From Psilocybe cubensis (Eukaryota), in contig CM039004.1 of NCBI GenBank assembly GCA_017499595.2, positions 1,736,001 to 1,800,000 on the forward strand: a stretch of DNA of 64,000 nt, written 5' to 3'. Of this stretch, positions 53,581-63,559 are shown in pieces; positions within the stretch are counted from its first letter, which is position 1; the number at the start of each line of letters is the position of its first letter. The notes beneath the pieces were generated by a model. That model saw only the letters and a program-made list of their open reading frames with translations. It did not search any database and was not told the DNA's origin. The position numbers and the translations under genes were made by a program.

Positions 53581-55870
53581 TCAAACTTGTCCAGAGACCT
53601 CAAACGCAGCTTTTGAAATAAGATCTTGTAAGGTGCACAACATGCCCAACCCCCTCTTCCATCGTGTTGGCCTAAGCTCCATTTGCTCTTGATAAAGCTT
53701 GGGGTTTGTACGTTTTAACTCCTTCTCGGTGCGGTAGCCATAATCAACCCATCTAAACAGGCCACCTGAAGCATACTGAGTAAAGGAAGCACGCTCCTCT
53801 CCGTGTTCAATGCTGGTGTTTGAATGTTCTAGGACGGCGGACAGCATAAGGATGGTAGATCCTGCAGGGAACTCAATGGCCACTTTCAGGCCCCACACCA
53901 CAAAGTGACCACCCTTTTTGGCATTGAATTTCCCTAAAGACTGGATGGCGCACCAGCCATATGGACAGTTTTTGATATCAAAATGCGGGATGGTGCAAAC
54001 CACAGACCCTAGGTTGAAGGTGGCCGCCGGAAATATGCTGCGGCGAAACAGTCGGACTAGCGTGGAGTCATTGGCGAATATCTTATCCATGTACAACTTA
54101 TAGTGGTTGTACACTTTAGGGCTCCATGTAGCAAATGCACCTGTGGATGTGTTTAAAAACAGGTTCACAAAACAGGCATAGGAGTCACTTACTGCTGGCA
54201 AAACTGGCCATTTGTTGAATGCTTTCCGACTGCAAGAGCTTGGCAGTGATTTTGGGATGGCGCTGGACGCGGTTGAGTGGAGAGTGTGTCCCTACACCGT
54301 GTGTAACGCCGATGTTGAGTGCGGGATAATGACCACGATTTTCTGAATAGTCTTTGTGTGTAAACACTGTGGTGTGTCCGGCCTCCCTCAGTAGATCAAA
54401 TGCTTCCTCCGTGGCACGTTCGTATGCAGGGTCCTTAGGACGGCCTGCCAGAACCATAAAAATACGTCCGTCTTCAGAAACAAACGGGACGGGGGTGCTA
54501 TAGTGCATTAGCTTTAACTCCATCAAACTGAACAGATCAGAAGAGTTGTAACTCACCATCTATCCCAAGGTATAATGCGGAACCCAAGGGCCTTGATGGC
54601 ATCCAAGCTATATAGGTGACTTTTGTGGGGTTTTGTTGGTTTAGCACCATAGGCGCCTTGCGTGGCAGGCAAAGTGTCAAGCTTGACGTTGAGAGCCTCT
54701 GGCTGGCAGCTGGGAAGCATGCTTAAAAGACTGGGTTTTGGTGTGTGTCCGTGCTTATTGTATTGTAACGTCCGCTGATACTTGCGGCTGCGATGACTGT
54801 TGGAAAGCCCATTGTATGGCCTTTTCAGGCTGGCGGTTTGCACGGATGGGTCTCGCTGAGGTAACGAAAGCGAAAGCTTGGTCGACGATTGCGAAGGTAC
54901 AATCGGCGGTGTCAACATATTGTCAACCGATGGTGTCAACGCATCGTGGGCTGACAGCATCGACTCGCGGGTTGACGGGGTCGACGCGTTGTGGGCTGAC
55001 GTCGTCGATTCGCGGGTTGACGGGATCGACACATCGTGGGCTGACGTCGTCGATTCGCGGGTTGACGGGGTCGACGCGTTATGGACTGACAGCATCGACT
55101 CGCGGGTTGACGGGGTCGACGCGTTGTGGGCTGACGTCGTCGATTCACGGGTTGACGGGATCGACACGTCGTGGGCTGACGTCGTCGATTCGCGGGTTGA
55201 TGGGGTCGACGCGTTATAGACTGACAGCATCGACTCGCGGGTTGACAGGGTCGACGCGTTGTGGGCTGACAGCATCGACTCGCAGGTTGACGGGGTCGAT
55301 GCGTTGTGGGCTGACGTCGTCGATTCGCGGGTTGACGGCGTTGACACGTCGTGGATCGACGTCATCGATTCACGGGTTGACGGGGTCGACACGTCGTGGA
55401 TCAACGCCGTCGGCGTCGACGTATTGTTCGTAAACTGCATCCAGGTATCGTCCGTCGACCGATTCTTTGACGCATCGTGGATCGACGGCGTCCAGATGTT
55501 GTGAACGGATGGCGTCGACGTATCGTCGGTCGATGGAATCAAGACATCTATTGACAAGTACGTGAATGGGCAGATGACGAGTAGGCAAACATGGTGACTC
55601 ACCTTGATCTAGATCTAACAAGTCTGTGTCCTCCCTTGCATCTGCTGCCCGCCAGGCAGAGATCAAGTCAAAAGCCAACGGATCCTCCCATACCTCAGGC
55701 TGACACTGGGCATACACCCTCCCAGATCATGTCTGCTTGAACAGATTTCCGATTTAAAACTTGGTATATGCATAGAAAAGTTTCCAAGGACGTACCGTAT
55801 AGCGCGCCTATTGGCAGGCCGACATCTGTGCATGCAAAAACCAACGGTGAGCAGGGTTCTTGCAATCATG
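53581..55870 (-). CDS. TET/JBP-family 2OG-Fe(II) nucleic-acid dioxygenase (N-terminal exons uncertain)
   Basis: RGHYPALNIGVTHG; SIFPAATFNLG; PHFDIKN (HxD); GGHFVVW.LK..IEFPAGSTIL; LEHSN (distal His); ERASFTQY (2OG Arg); GGLFRWVDYG; introns 54141-54192 and 54498-54556. Confidence 0.9.
54925..55410. repeat. 45-bp coding minisatellite (~11 units, 15-aa AHNASTPSTRESTTS) with 135-bp higher-order periodicity
   Basis: Unit gggctgacgtcgtcgattcgcgggttgacggggtcgacgcgttgt seen repeatedly, with 9 CpG per consensus unit. Confidence 0.95.
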
Positions 55871-56063
55871 ACACGCCCCAGCTCCTGCGTTGGCTGGCAG
55901 TTTGACAGACCCGGTCCAGGGGTGATCCCTCGCCTGGCAAGCCTCTAACCAACGCGAGAGCTGGGCCCTGTCGCGTTTCTGATATACGAACGTTTGCTTA
56001 CCGGTGGGACGGGTATTTATACGAACGCGAATGAGGGGAATGTTGAACCTCATTAAACAGATC

Positions 56064-56104
56064 AGGGGTCAGGTGATAGGGGTCAGGTGATAGGGGTCAG
56101 GTGA
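56064..56104. repeat. 3x 14-bp AGGGGTCAGGTGA(T) tandem repeat upstream of the TET gene
   Basis: caggggtcaggtgataggggtcaggtgataggggtcaggtgacg; minus-strand TATAAA at ~56016-56021. Confidence 0.85.
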
Positions 56105-56316
56105 CGTAGGTGGACGCGTTGCACCCGCGACACACTTCAACTGCTTTGACCTCAGAACACCTGGTAATACGTCAGTCCGCTACAAACACAAACACCGCAG
56201 AGTAATGCAGGTCTCAGGAATACTACCCAGGTGCGTTATATTTCATGCATCCCTTTTGTAAGGCCAAATTGACAATATAGTATTGAAAGTGCTGCAGATT
56301 CTATTTCACAAACCGT

Positions 56317-57221
56317 CTAAACAATAGCAATGGGATTGTCAGACTGCAAAGGCTGAGGAGGAATGTAAACCGGTACGTTAATGCCATGGGACGTCAACGC
56401 TGCTTTCAGCTGTTGGCTCCAATGCCTCTCTTCTACCAGCATAATTGCTGTGTTGTGTTCCTGTCTGACATATGTCCTCAACTGCTCTTCTAGACCCTCC
56501 ACCACCAACGTCAGGTATGCAGAGCGTTGTTTGGAATTCTTCACAGACCTAACCAAGTTTTTTACCGCCTTTTTAGTTGACTGGGCCTCCTGGCGTGCTG
56601 CGGCAAGGTCCAACCATGCCGTTCAAAGCTGATTCTTATAGGCCACAGCTTCTCTTGTTGCCTCGATGGCTATTTCACGCCAAACAGTAATCTCTGCCTC
56701 CAGATCGCGTCGGGAACGTGGATAGGCCCTGTTCAAGCTGATTGTGGTTTTGTTGCGGGGAACCTTGGAGGAATGGTCTAATAAAGTGGATGTGAGTGGT
56801 CTCAACCTTTCACAGCAATACTGTCAACTTATGAAACGCACCATTCTTTTCAGGCATTTTGGATACAACCGGCTGGTCTTCGAGATCGCTTTGGCACGTT
56901 GATCCAGGGGTATCACCTAGTTGAGTTTGGATGGTGTAAGTTCAAGTGCATTCGTGATAAGATTCTATTTACCAAGGCCGTAAAAACTGTAGTTGGGCAG
57001 ACCATCAGTAACGTCAAGCCCTACGGGTGGGAGGTCAGGGTAGGTTATGCTGAGGTTTAACAAGGTTTGTTTACTGACCTGCATTCAGAGTTGACAGGTA
57101 CTTTTTAGGTGCCTCATCGTCTTCATCTTGGTTGTGCTTCCTGAAACTTTTTTTTGGCGATGGAGTCTTAGGCGACAGCAGGCGGGATGGTAGACAATTG
57201 TCAAGAGTGTTGGTAGACATG
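56317..57221 (-). pseudogene. transposon accessory gene with C-terminal coiled coil and an in-frame TGA at 56623-56625
   Basis: ORFs 56623-56805 and 56317-56613 share a frame and are separated by one TGA (KNQL*TAWLDL); upstream exons start at MSTNTLDN. Confidence 0.6.
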
Positions 57222-57370
57222 TTGAGCGGTTCAAGATAACGAAACCACACAAATATCAGACTGATGGTTAAGGGAGTGAGAGAGTGAGACAAAAGGTGAG
57301 CAAACCTTTGGAATAACTTTGACGCCTCCTTTTTATGTGACGCATAGGTTTGTTGTTGTTGATGTGACAC

Positions 57371-57430
57371 GACGCGAATTGTTGATTGACCTCGAACGCG
57401 ACGCGAATTGTTGATTGACCTCAAACGCGA
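57371..57430. repeat. 2x 29-bp repeat GACGCGAATTGTTGATTGACCTC(G/A)AACGC in the internal divergent promoter
   Basis: Seen directly; TATAAAA at ~57475. Confidence 0.85.
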
Positions 57431-57518
57431 TGTGATTCGTTTGTTGTGGCAAACATGGCAAATCAAACTTGGGGTATAAAAGCAAGGTAAGAGATGTTTG
57501 CTTGATTCTGAATCCACA

Positions 57519-59078
57519 ATGTCTCATTCTTCGATTGACCCAGCTTTTGCATCACAGCCTGTTTCTCGTGACGTGGACCGCCCAACTGGTACATAGCTGT
57601 TTATTGACAACCTGGTTCACCGATTCAACCTCACAAGCAACCACAGTGCAGATCTCACTTTTCTTTATCAGGTAAACTTGTTTTTTACATAACGCCTACA
57701 TCAAACTGCTTCTAACTCGTAAACCCGCAGATCTGTACAGCCGTGCCTGAAGAGCAACCTCCTTAGACCGAAGTGATAAGTCGAATCATGATGTTGGCCT
57801 GCCAGTTTGGGGCCGAAGTTCGTCTGCATAAAGCACTGACTGCCACGCAAACACATCTACAAGGACTCGGGCAGCTGAGCAGTTTTTTGGCTGATTATGA
57901 GCTGCAAAAAGATGAGAACTTTGTGTTATCAAATGCACAAAAGGTGAGTCATTGTTTGCCTTTATGAACACGGTGGTCTGAGCCAGCTTTTAGATGGCCA
58001 TTAAATCAACCTGTATCAAAGAGCTTCTAAAGCCCTCTAGACAGTCCTTTAAGACGCTTCACATCGATGTTGAGGTGCGTTCTTTTCACTTTAATTGGCG
58101 GTCTAAAACAAATGCATTTGCAGGCAAAGATGAAAAAAAAGCCCGCAGACAATTACCTTGACAACATCCTGAATCGGCTGGGACGTGAGGCCAAATGGAT
58201 GGCGCATATACAAACCGTTTGTACAATTCAGAGAAACACGCTTCGAAAAGAGGTGTGTGGTTGTCCGGTTTACCATATGCCGTGTACTGATGTGTGAAAT
58301 TAAAGATCATACAAAGCATAACTCCAGGCCCAAAGTTTACTTCTGTGCAAGAATTTGCGGCGGGCCTCATTGTGAAATATTGTCTGCCTACGTCAGAGTC
58401 TGGTGCAAATTCCAATACAGCTTACCTCTCAAAACATGTGTTATTGGTGTGTCTTCAATATTTCTGATTCAAAAAGTTTCACTAACGTGGCAATGTAAAG
58501 TGGCGGTTTTTCTGGGACCATTCATCTATGTTTTCGGCCTTTGAACTTGAGAAGGATGACAACAACTCAGAAGAGGAGAACAATGACCAGGATTTTGGAA
58601 CACCAAGCACCGACAACTCTAGCGATTCGGGTCATTCTGCTACCAAAAACGTAAATTGCAAAAAACAAACATTCCCGCTGGGAAAACTCGCGGTCGGGTG
58701 GCTGATGGCGAAGACTATTGGTCCAAAGTTGATCAATGGCTCAAGAGGCTTGACGATGAGCTGGGAGATAATACAGCTGAGTTGAAACAGTCCGAGTTTT
58801 CTCTTGTATTCTCAATGAGTTATGCTAAGCTTGTGAATAGATTTATTGCTGAATGTCTGGAGATGGACTCTCTCAGGACCAATAAAGGCTTAGATTTCTC
58901 AAGCCACCCTTCCGAGCGCTCTTTTACCAGCCCTAGCGATGTCACATCCGACCCACAACCCACCACTATACAGTCCTTTCCTTCCAATTCTTCTTCGAGG
59001 CTGCCTGAACCTCATTTAAATTTTGGTAATGCAATTGCTCAATTATTTAGTGGTCCTTCAACAGGTAGACCTTTTTAG
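57519..59078 (+). pseudogene. multi-exon transposon accessory gene of unknown function with two in-frame TAG stops
   Basis: ATG 57519; TAG at 57594-57596 and 57764-57766 in otherwise open exons; later GRVADGEDYWSKVDQWL. Confidence 0.6.
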
Positions 59079-59550
59079 CCACTAGACTCCACTACAATAT
59101 AGTTATTAATTATGCGGAAATGTATGTGTAAACGCAACTAAATCTGAAGTTGATGTTGAGAACATGTAGCCCCTAATATTCAGTTTGCTAGTGTTTGGCA
59201 CCGGTGATCATTTGATCAACAGCAACGAGTTATCGCTTTCATCTTTTCCTCCATGATCTCGCACAGCGGCACCGTGTTTTCCGCCGTGCATTGTTAAGAG
59301 ATCCAGCCCTTTCATGTACTAAAAGCCATGCACTGGAAAGATCCAGATTCCCAATATGTGGGAACGCGTTGAGCGGCATGGTTGGGCATAGTTTTTTTTT
59401 GGTGACTGACATTTGATTTGTAGATCGCACACTGGTGCAAGAACCTGCTTATTGCTGAGTATTTTTAGACAGCTATCCATGGCGAAAATTACTTATTTTA
59501 ACACCACAGGTTCAAGAATATGTGCTTTGAAGTTTGACAAGGTCCAAGAA

Positions 59551-59711
59551 CACCATTGCCGGAATCGATAGCCATCGTTGACACCATAGTTTGGCTCTGG
59601 AGAATGGGTGATAGTTGGATGCGCAACACAACATCGTCAACGCCATAGCCGGAATCGATCGCCATTGTCGACACCATAGTTTGGCTCTGTGGAATGGGTA
59701 TTTGTGGATGC
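59551..59711. repeat. two ~70-bp direct repeats (90-bp period) near the right end of the element
   Basis: gccggaatcgat.gccat.gt.gacaccatagtttggctctg..gaatgggt starting at 59551 and 59641. Confidence 0.85.
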
Positions 59712-59898
59712 AATAACCCAGTGAGTACTTTATAGGATAGACGTTAGATTAGTAGTTATTTAGCTTCAGCTTCATGCTCAATATATGGTGTTTTATTATA
59801 ACCTAATCTTGTATGAAAGACCAAAAATAAAATTTCACAATGATATTATACTGTGAATACATATGAAAAGCCTACAAAAAAATATGTATTTGCTAGAA

Positions 59899-60049
59899 TG
59901 TGGCTGACACAAACGGTGCTTGGCACTTATGTGGCAGCCACATGAATTTCGGCCTGTTGTGTCACCCACTGATATCGGATGGAGGTGGCAGACACATGTT
60001 TATTTGTGTCTGACATACATCGGCCAAACACATCCAAAAATGTGTCCAG
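59899..60049. repeat. subterminal quasi-palindromic repeats TGTG(G/T)C..(A/C)CAC(A)
   Basis: tgtggctgacaca, tgtggcagccaca, tgtgtcacccac, gtggcagacaca and tgtgtctgacata within 160 bp of the right terminus. Confidence 0.7.
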
Positions 60050-60226
60050 CGGCCGCCTGTGTAATGGTCGCGATGGGTGAGTGTCTCCTCTTGTCGGTGA
60101 CAAAATTAGACTTGGCGGACCGATGATCCCGATATCCCTACGATTATTCCCCGCCTTCATCAAGTTCCCCCAACTTGGATCATATGTTCGAAGGAGCTTC
60201 TTTATCTGTTCCCACTACATCTAGTT

Positions 60227-61784
60227 ATGGCTGAAATCACTCCTCTCACTTTTCGTTGGGGAATCATTTCAACAGGAAATATTGCTGCAGCGTTCGTTAA
60301 AGTAAGCTTCATTGTGCTTTTAAGTTGGAGCTAACCAACCTGAGCGACATTACCCCTATCTAGGACTTGTTGATAGATCCAAAAACGTATTTCTATCCAG
60401 TTTTCGAATACATGGCCATTGACGAATTTTCAGCCGCGGTGTTCATGATGTTGTGCACAAAGTTGCCTCTGTTGGGTCTCGTTCCGTAGAGAAAGCCAAA
60501 GAATTCATCGACCGGTTAACTGGAGGAGACAAATCTATCAAAGCCTTTGGCACTTATGAGGAGGTATATGCGGACAAGGTATATTCATGTTGCTGCTTTT
60601 GGTCCTGATTATTGAATTTCCGTCATTGCACAGGACGTCGATGCTATTTACATCGGTAAGTTCTTGCCATCCAATTTAATTTCAGTACTCATATCGTATC
60701 TTAAAAGGTACTCCACATACCTACCACTATACGAATGCGTTGGATGCAATTAAGGCTGGAAAACACGTTCTCTGCGAGAAGCCTGTCACCTGTAATGCCG
60801 CTGAACTTCGAGCTTTGATAACTGCGGCAAGAGAACACAATGTTTTCTTCATGGAAGCTGTGTGGACTAGGTTCCAACCTCTTAGTCTTGAGGTCAAGAG
60901 GATCGCAGAGGAGGGAAGCCTCGGACTGCCTGTTCTGCTGCATGCTGATTTGTCTGGAAACTTCGGGATCCACGGTATGTAGTTGTGTTTTTGACTGCAG
61001 CACGGAAATCATGCTTACACAAAATATTTCCAGACATCCCCGTCACCCATAGGATATTGGATCCGAATTTGGGCGGAGGGGCTTTGCTTGATTTGTAGGT
61101 GCCTTGCTCCACTGCGATGTACCTGTTAACGAAAGACAATACTTCATACAGAGGTCCTTACCCGCTCTTTTGGGTATGATTCTTTTCCGCTCAGGACGAA
61201 TAATTACAACTAAACTGTACGCATGATTAGGCAATCCTCGCTCTCTACGAGAACCCGGCGAACGGCTTCTCTGCGCCAACAAACATCTCAGCAAGCATGC
61301 TCAACACACCTCTCACACCTGTCGACAGCAGTACGGTCTTCAATCTCACGTTCTCAGCTTCGAAACTGGCCGCGCAAGCCTCTCTCAGCTGTAGCATCAC
61401 ATTGAATGCTCTTGAGACAGGTGTCACTATCCGGTTTGAGCACGGTACCATCTTGATACACAGTCCCATCTACTGCCCGAAGTCATTCAAGGTACAGTAT
61501 TTAGGAAAGAACGGTAAGGTCACGAAAGAGGAAACGCGAAACTTTGATTACGTGGGCGGGGGCTGGCACTTCCAGGCTGACGAGGTAGCAAGATGTGTCA
61601 GGGACGGGAAGAAGGAAAGTGCGCTTTGGGGACACGATAAGAGTCTGTTGGAGATGACTGTCTTTGATGAGGTTTGAATCGAACTCCTCCAATCCTTGGG
61701 TTTTGAATGCTGAACCTGTAAATGTAGGTCCGACGACAAGGAGGGTATAAGTTCCCAGAGGGCGTCGAGAAAGTTGTGGCTTGA
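60227..61784 (+). CDS. GFO/IDH/MocA oxidoreductase (dihydrodiol/D-xylose dehydrogenase-like)
   Basis: FRWGIISTGNIA; YIGTPH; GKHVLCEKP; FFMEAVWTRF; GGGALLD. Confidence 0.92.
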
Positions 61785-62349
61785 AGCATGCCAACGTAGT
61801 AGTCTCTTTGACAGACATCGACCCGTATATCATGAGAAGTGTAAAGAATCAAGATGGCGACCCCGAAACTCGACACAAAAAAACCAAACGTATTCGAAAA
61901 GATACTCAACGGACTTTGTAACAATACCTTTGCAAGCAATATTTTTACTTGCCACCATACATAGTTTCGAGTCAACAAGTCAATGGCAAACATTGAGGTA
62001 GATGAAGCACATCGTTGGTTGGGTATACCCATAGAACACATTGTTTTAGCATGATGCGCAACGAGCTCCGACAAGTTGGGATTGACCATCTATTTTTTGA
62101 GTCGTGGTTTGGTGGTGGTTGCATTTATAGGTATAGTATTATATATATTATATCACTTCTAAATTATGAGAGTCAGTATATGTTGTAAAGATGGATGTTT
62201 AATGACCCACTGTCATGTCTTTTTTCAAATCAATTGTTGTTTAATATACTAGAACAGTGCCAAAGCTGATGAAGTTGGAGATCCAATGCAGGTCAGTTTC
62301 ACTCAAACCGAGCTGGATATAATGAACCTACCCATTTGCCTCATCAAGT

Positions 62350-63066
62350 CTAGTCACACCTCCCGTCGGGTGGGCCATCTTTCCATCTCTCATCCACCTT
62401 GGCGCAATCAAATTTTTCCTTGCCCAACTTCTGATTTACCTCGTTATGCCTCTCACAAAGCCACCTGCTTAGCGCAGTACGTCCACTGACATCCGGTGCA
62501 TTCTTCTCAATGTCCTTCCCAAAGTCATCCGCGCACCATGTACATGGGTATAGCACGGGAATAGAACGCAAGAGCATCAACATGTTGGCGCGCTGGGTGG
62601 GGTTGGGCTTTTCGGGGTAGTAAGCGGCGGTAGTATGCAGGAACGTCCAGGTTGCACGTCCGAGCTGCTCGACATCTGGTGGACAACCCGGAGGAGGCTC
62701 GTCGCCGCGGTAACCTGGAGCATCGAGGTGGGTACTCTCCTCAGAGTTGGGCGTTTCGGTAGCCGTGCTCACAGCACTCGCGACGGGCACGGCAGCTAGC
62801 GCTGCAAAGCCTGCAAACTGTGACCCTTTGGCAGTTTGCTGCTGCTGCTGCTGTTTTTGATTTTTCTGCGCATTGGGTGGTGCAGGCCAGGTTTTGGCAG
62901 CTCTGTTGGAATCTGCTTCCGTGTAGTTGGTGGTTCCGGGTTTCCAGTTGCGAAATGCGGTACAAATTTTACAGGGTTTGCCGTCAGGACCCATAACCAT
63001 ACCTGGGGGCATGCTGCTCTGCGAGGAAGACGTGTCTGATTTTCCGTTCTCAGTGGCTGCTGCCAT
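62350..63066 (-). CDS. ERV1: Erv1/ALR FAD-linked sulfhydryl oxidase
   Basis: KPCKIC shuttle; CPPDVEQLGRATWTFLHT; YPCTWCA; C..HNEVNQKLGKEKFDC...ERWKDG. Confidence 0.95.
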   Translation of the reverse strand: MAAATENGKSDTSSSQSSMPPGMVMGPDGKPCKICTAFRNWKPGTTNYTEADSNRAAKTWPAPPNAQKNQKQQQQQQTAKGSQFAGFAALAAVPVASAVSTATETPNSEESTHLDAPGYRGDEPPPGCPPDVEQLGRATWTFLHTTAAYYPEKPNPTQRANMLMLLRSIPVLYPCTWCADDFGKDIEKNAPDVSGRTALSRWLCERHNEVNQKLGKEKFDCAKVDERWKDGPPDGRCD

Positions 63067-63559
63067 TCTTTCTTTCAAGAGTAAATTTGGAGCAATTACA
63101 AGAACAAGTTTATTGGGCACTAATCTTGTTAAGCAAATTAGCAAGATGATGTCATACGCCATAGTCACATCCCGGCTGCATGACGGTGATCATATTGTTT
63201 ACACACAGATCAAATGGGTACTGTTGGGTTTCCAATCCATTTTACTTTTATTGTACATGTAGTGGTAATTAGATAGCCGAAGCAAGATAGCATACTGCGA
63301 AAGTTACACGTCTATTTTGAATGCCAACAAATCTCCTCAAAATGCAATGAGTCCGTCGTCAAAAGTTACCCTATCGATACAGCGGTAAGAGTCGAAGTCC
63401 AGCGGGATGTCCCTGGCTAGATAGGATAGGTCGTAAACGCATGTGTACATGGATATGATATCGTGAGTTAGTTGTGATACAGTGTGATTGAATTTGAGAG
63501 ATAGTGGTGTTGTAAACGTTTTGCCATTTCCGGCGTTTGAATGGCTGGGAGCAAAAGGT

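Larger units (their letters stand above)
48860..60061. mobile_element. ~11.2 kb CACTA/CMC-like DNA transposon carrying a TET/JBP dioxygenase and two accessory genes
   Basis: Left end TA|CACGGCGG; right end CCGCCTGTG|TA (reverse complement CACAGGCGG); GATGTGTTT(A/G)GCCG shared in inverted orientation (48972 and ~60021-60034); removing the element leaves a ~190 bp divergent promoter. Confidence 0.8.

Noticed and set aside
54738-55504. Long plus-strand and alternative-frame ORFs over the minisatellite; superficial CRISPR-like periodicity
   Set aside because: Open frames are a by-product of a stop-free 45-bp repeat; units are contiguous with no unique spacers, and the DNA is eukaryotic
63067-63168. 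34-aa N-terminal extension of the Erv1 ORF
   Set aside because: ATG at 63066 has a good context (agaATGg) and the extension shows no recognisable feature; probably 5' UTR
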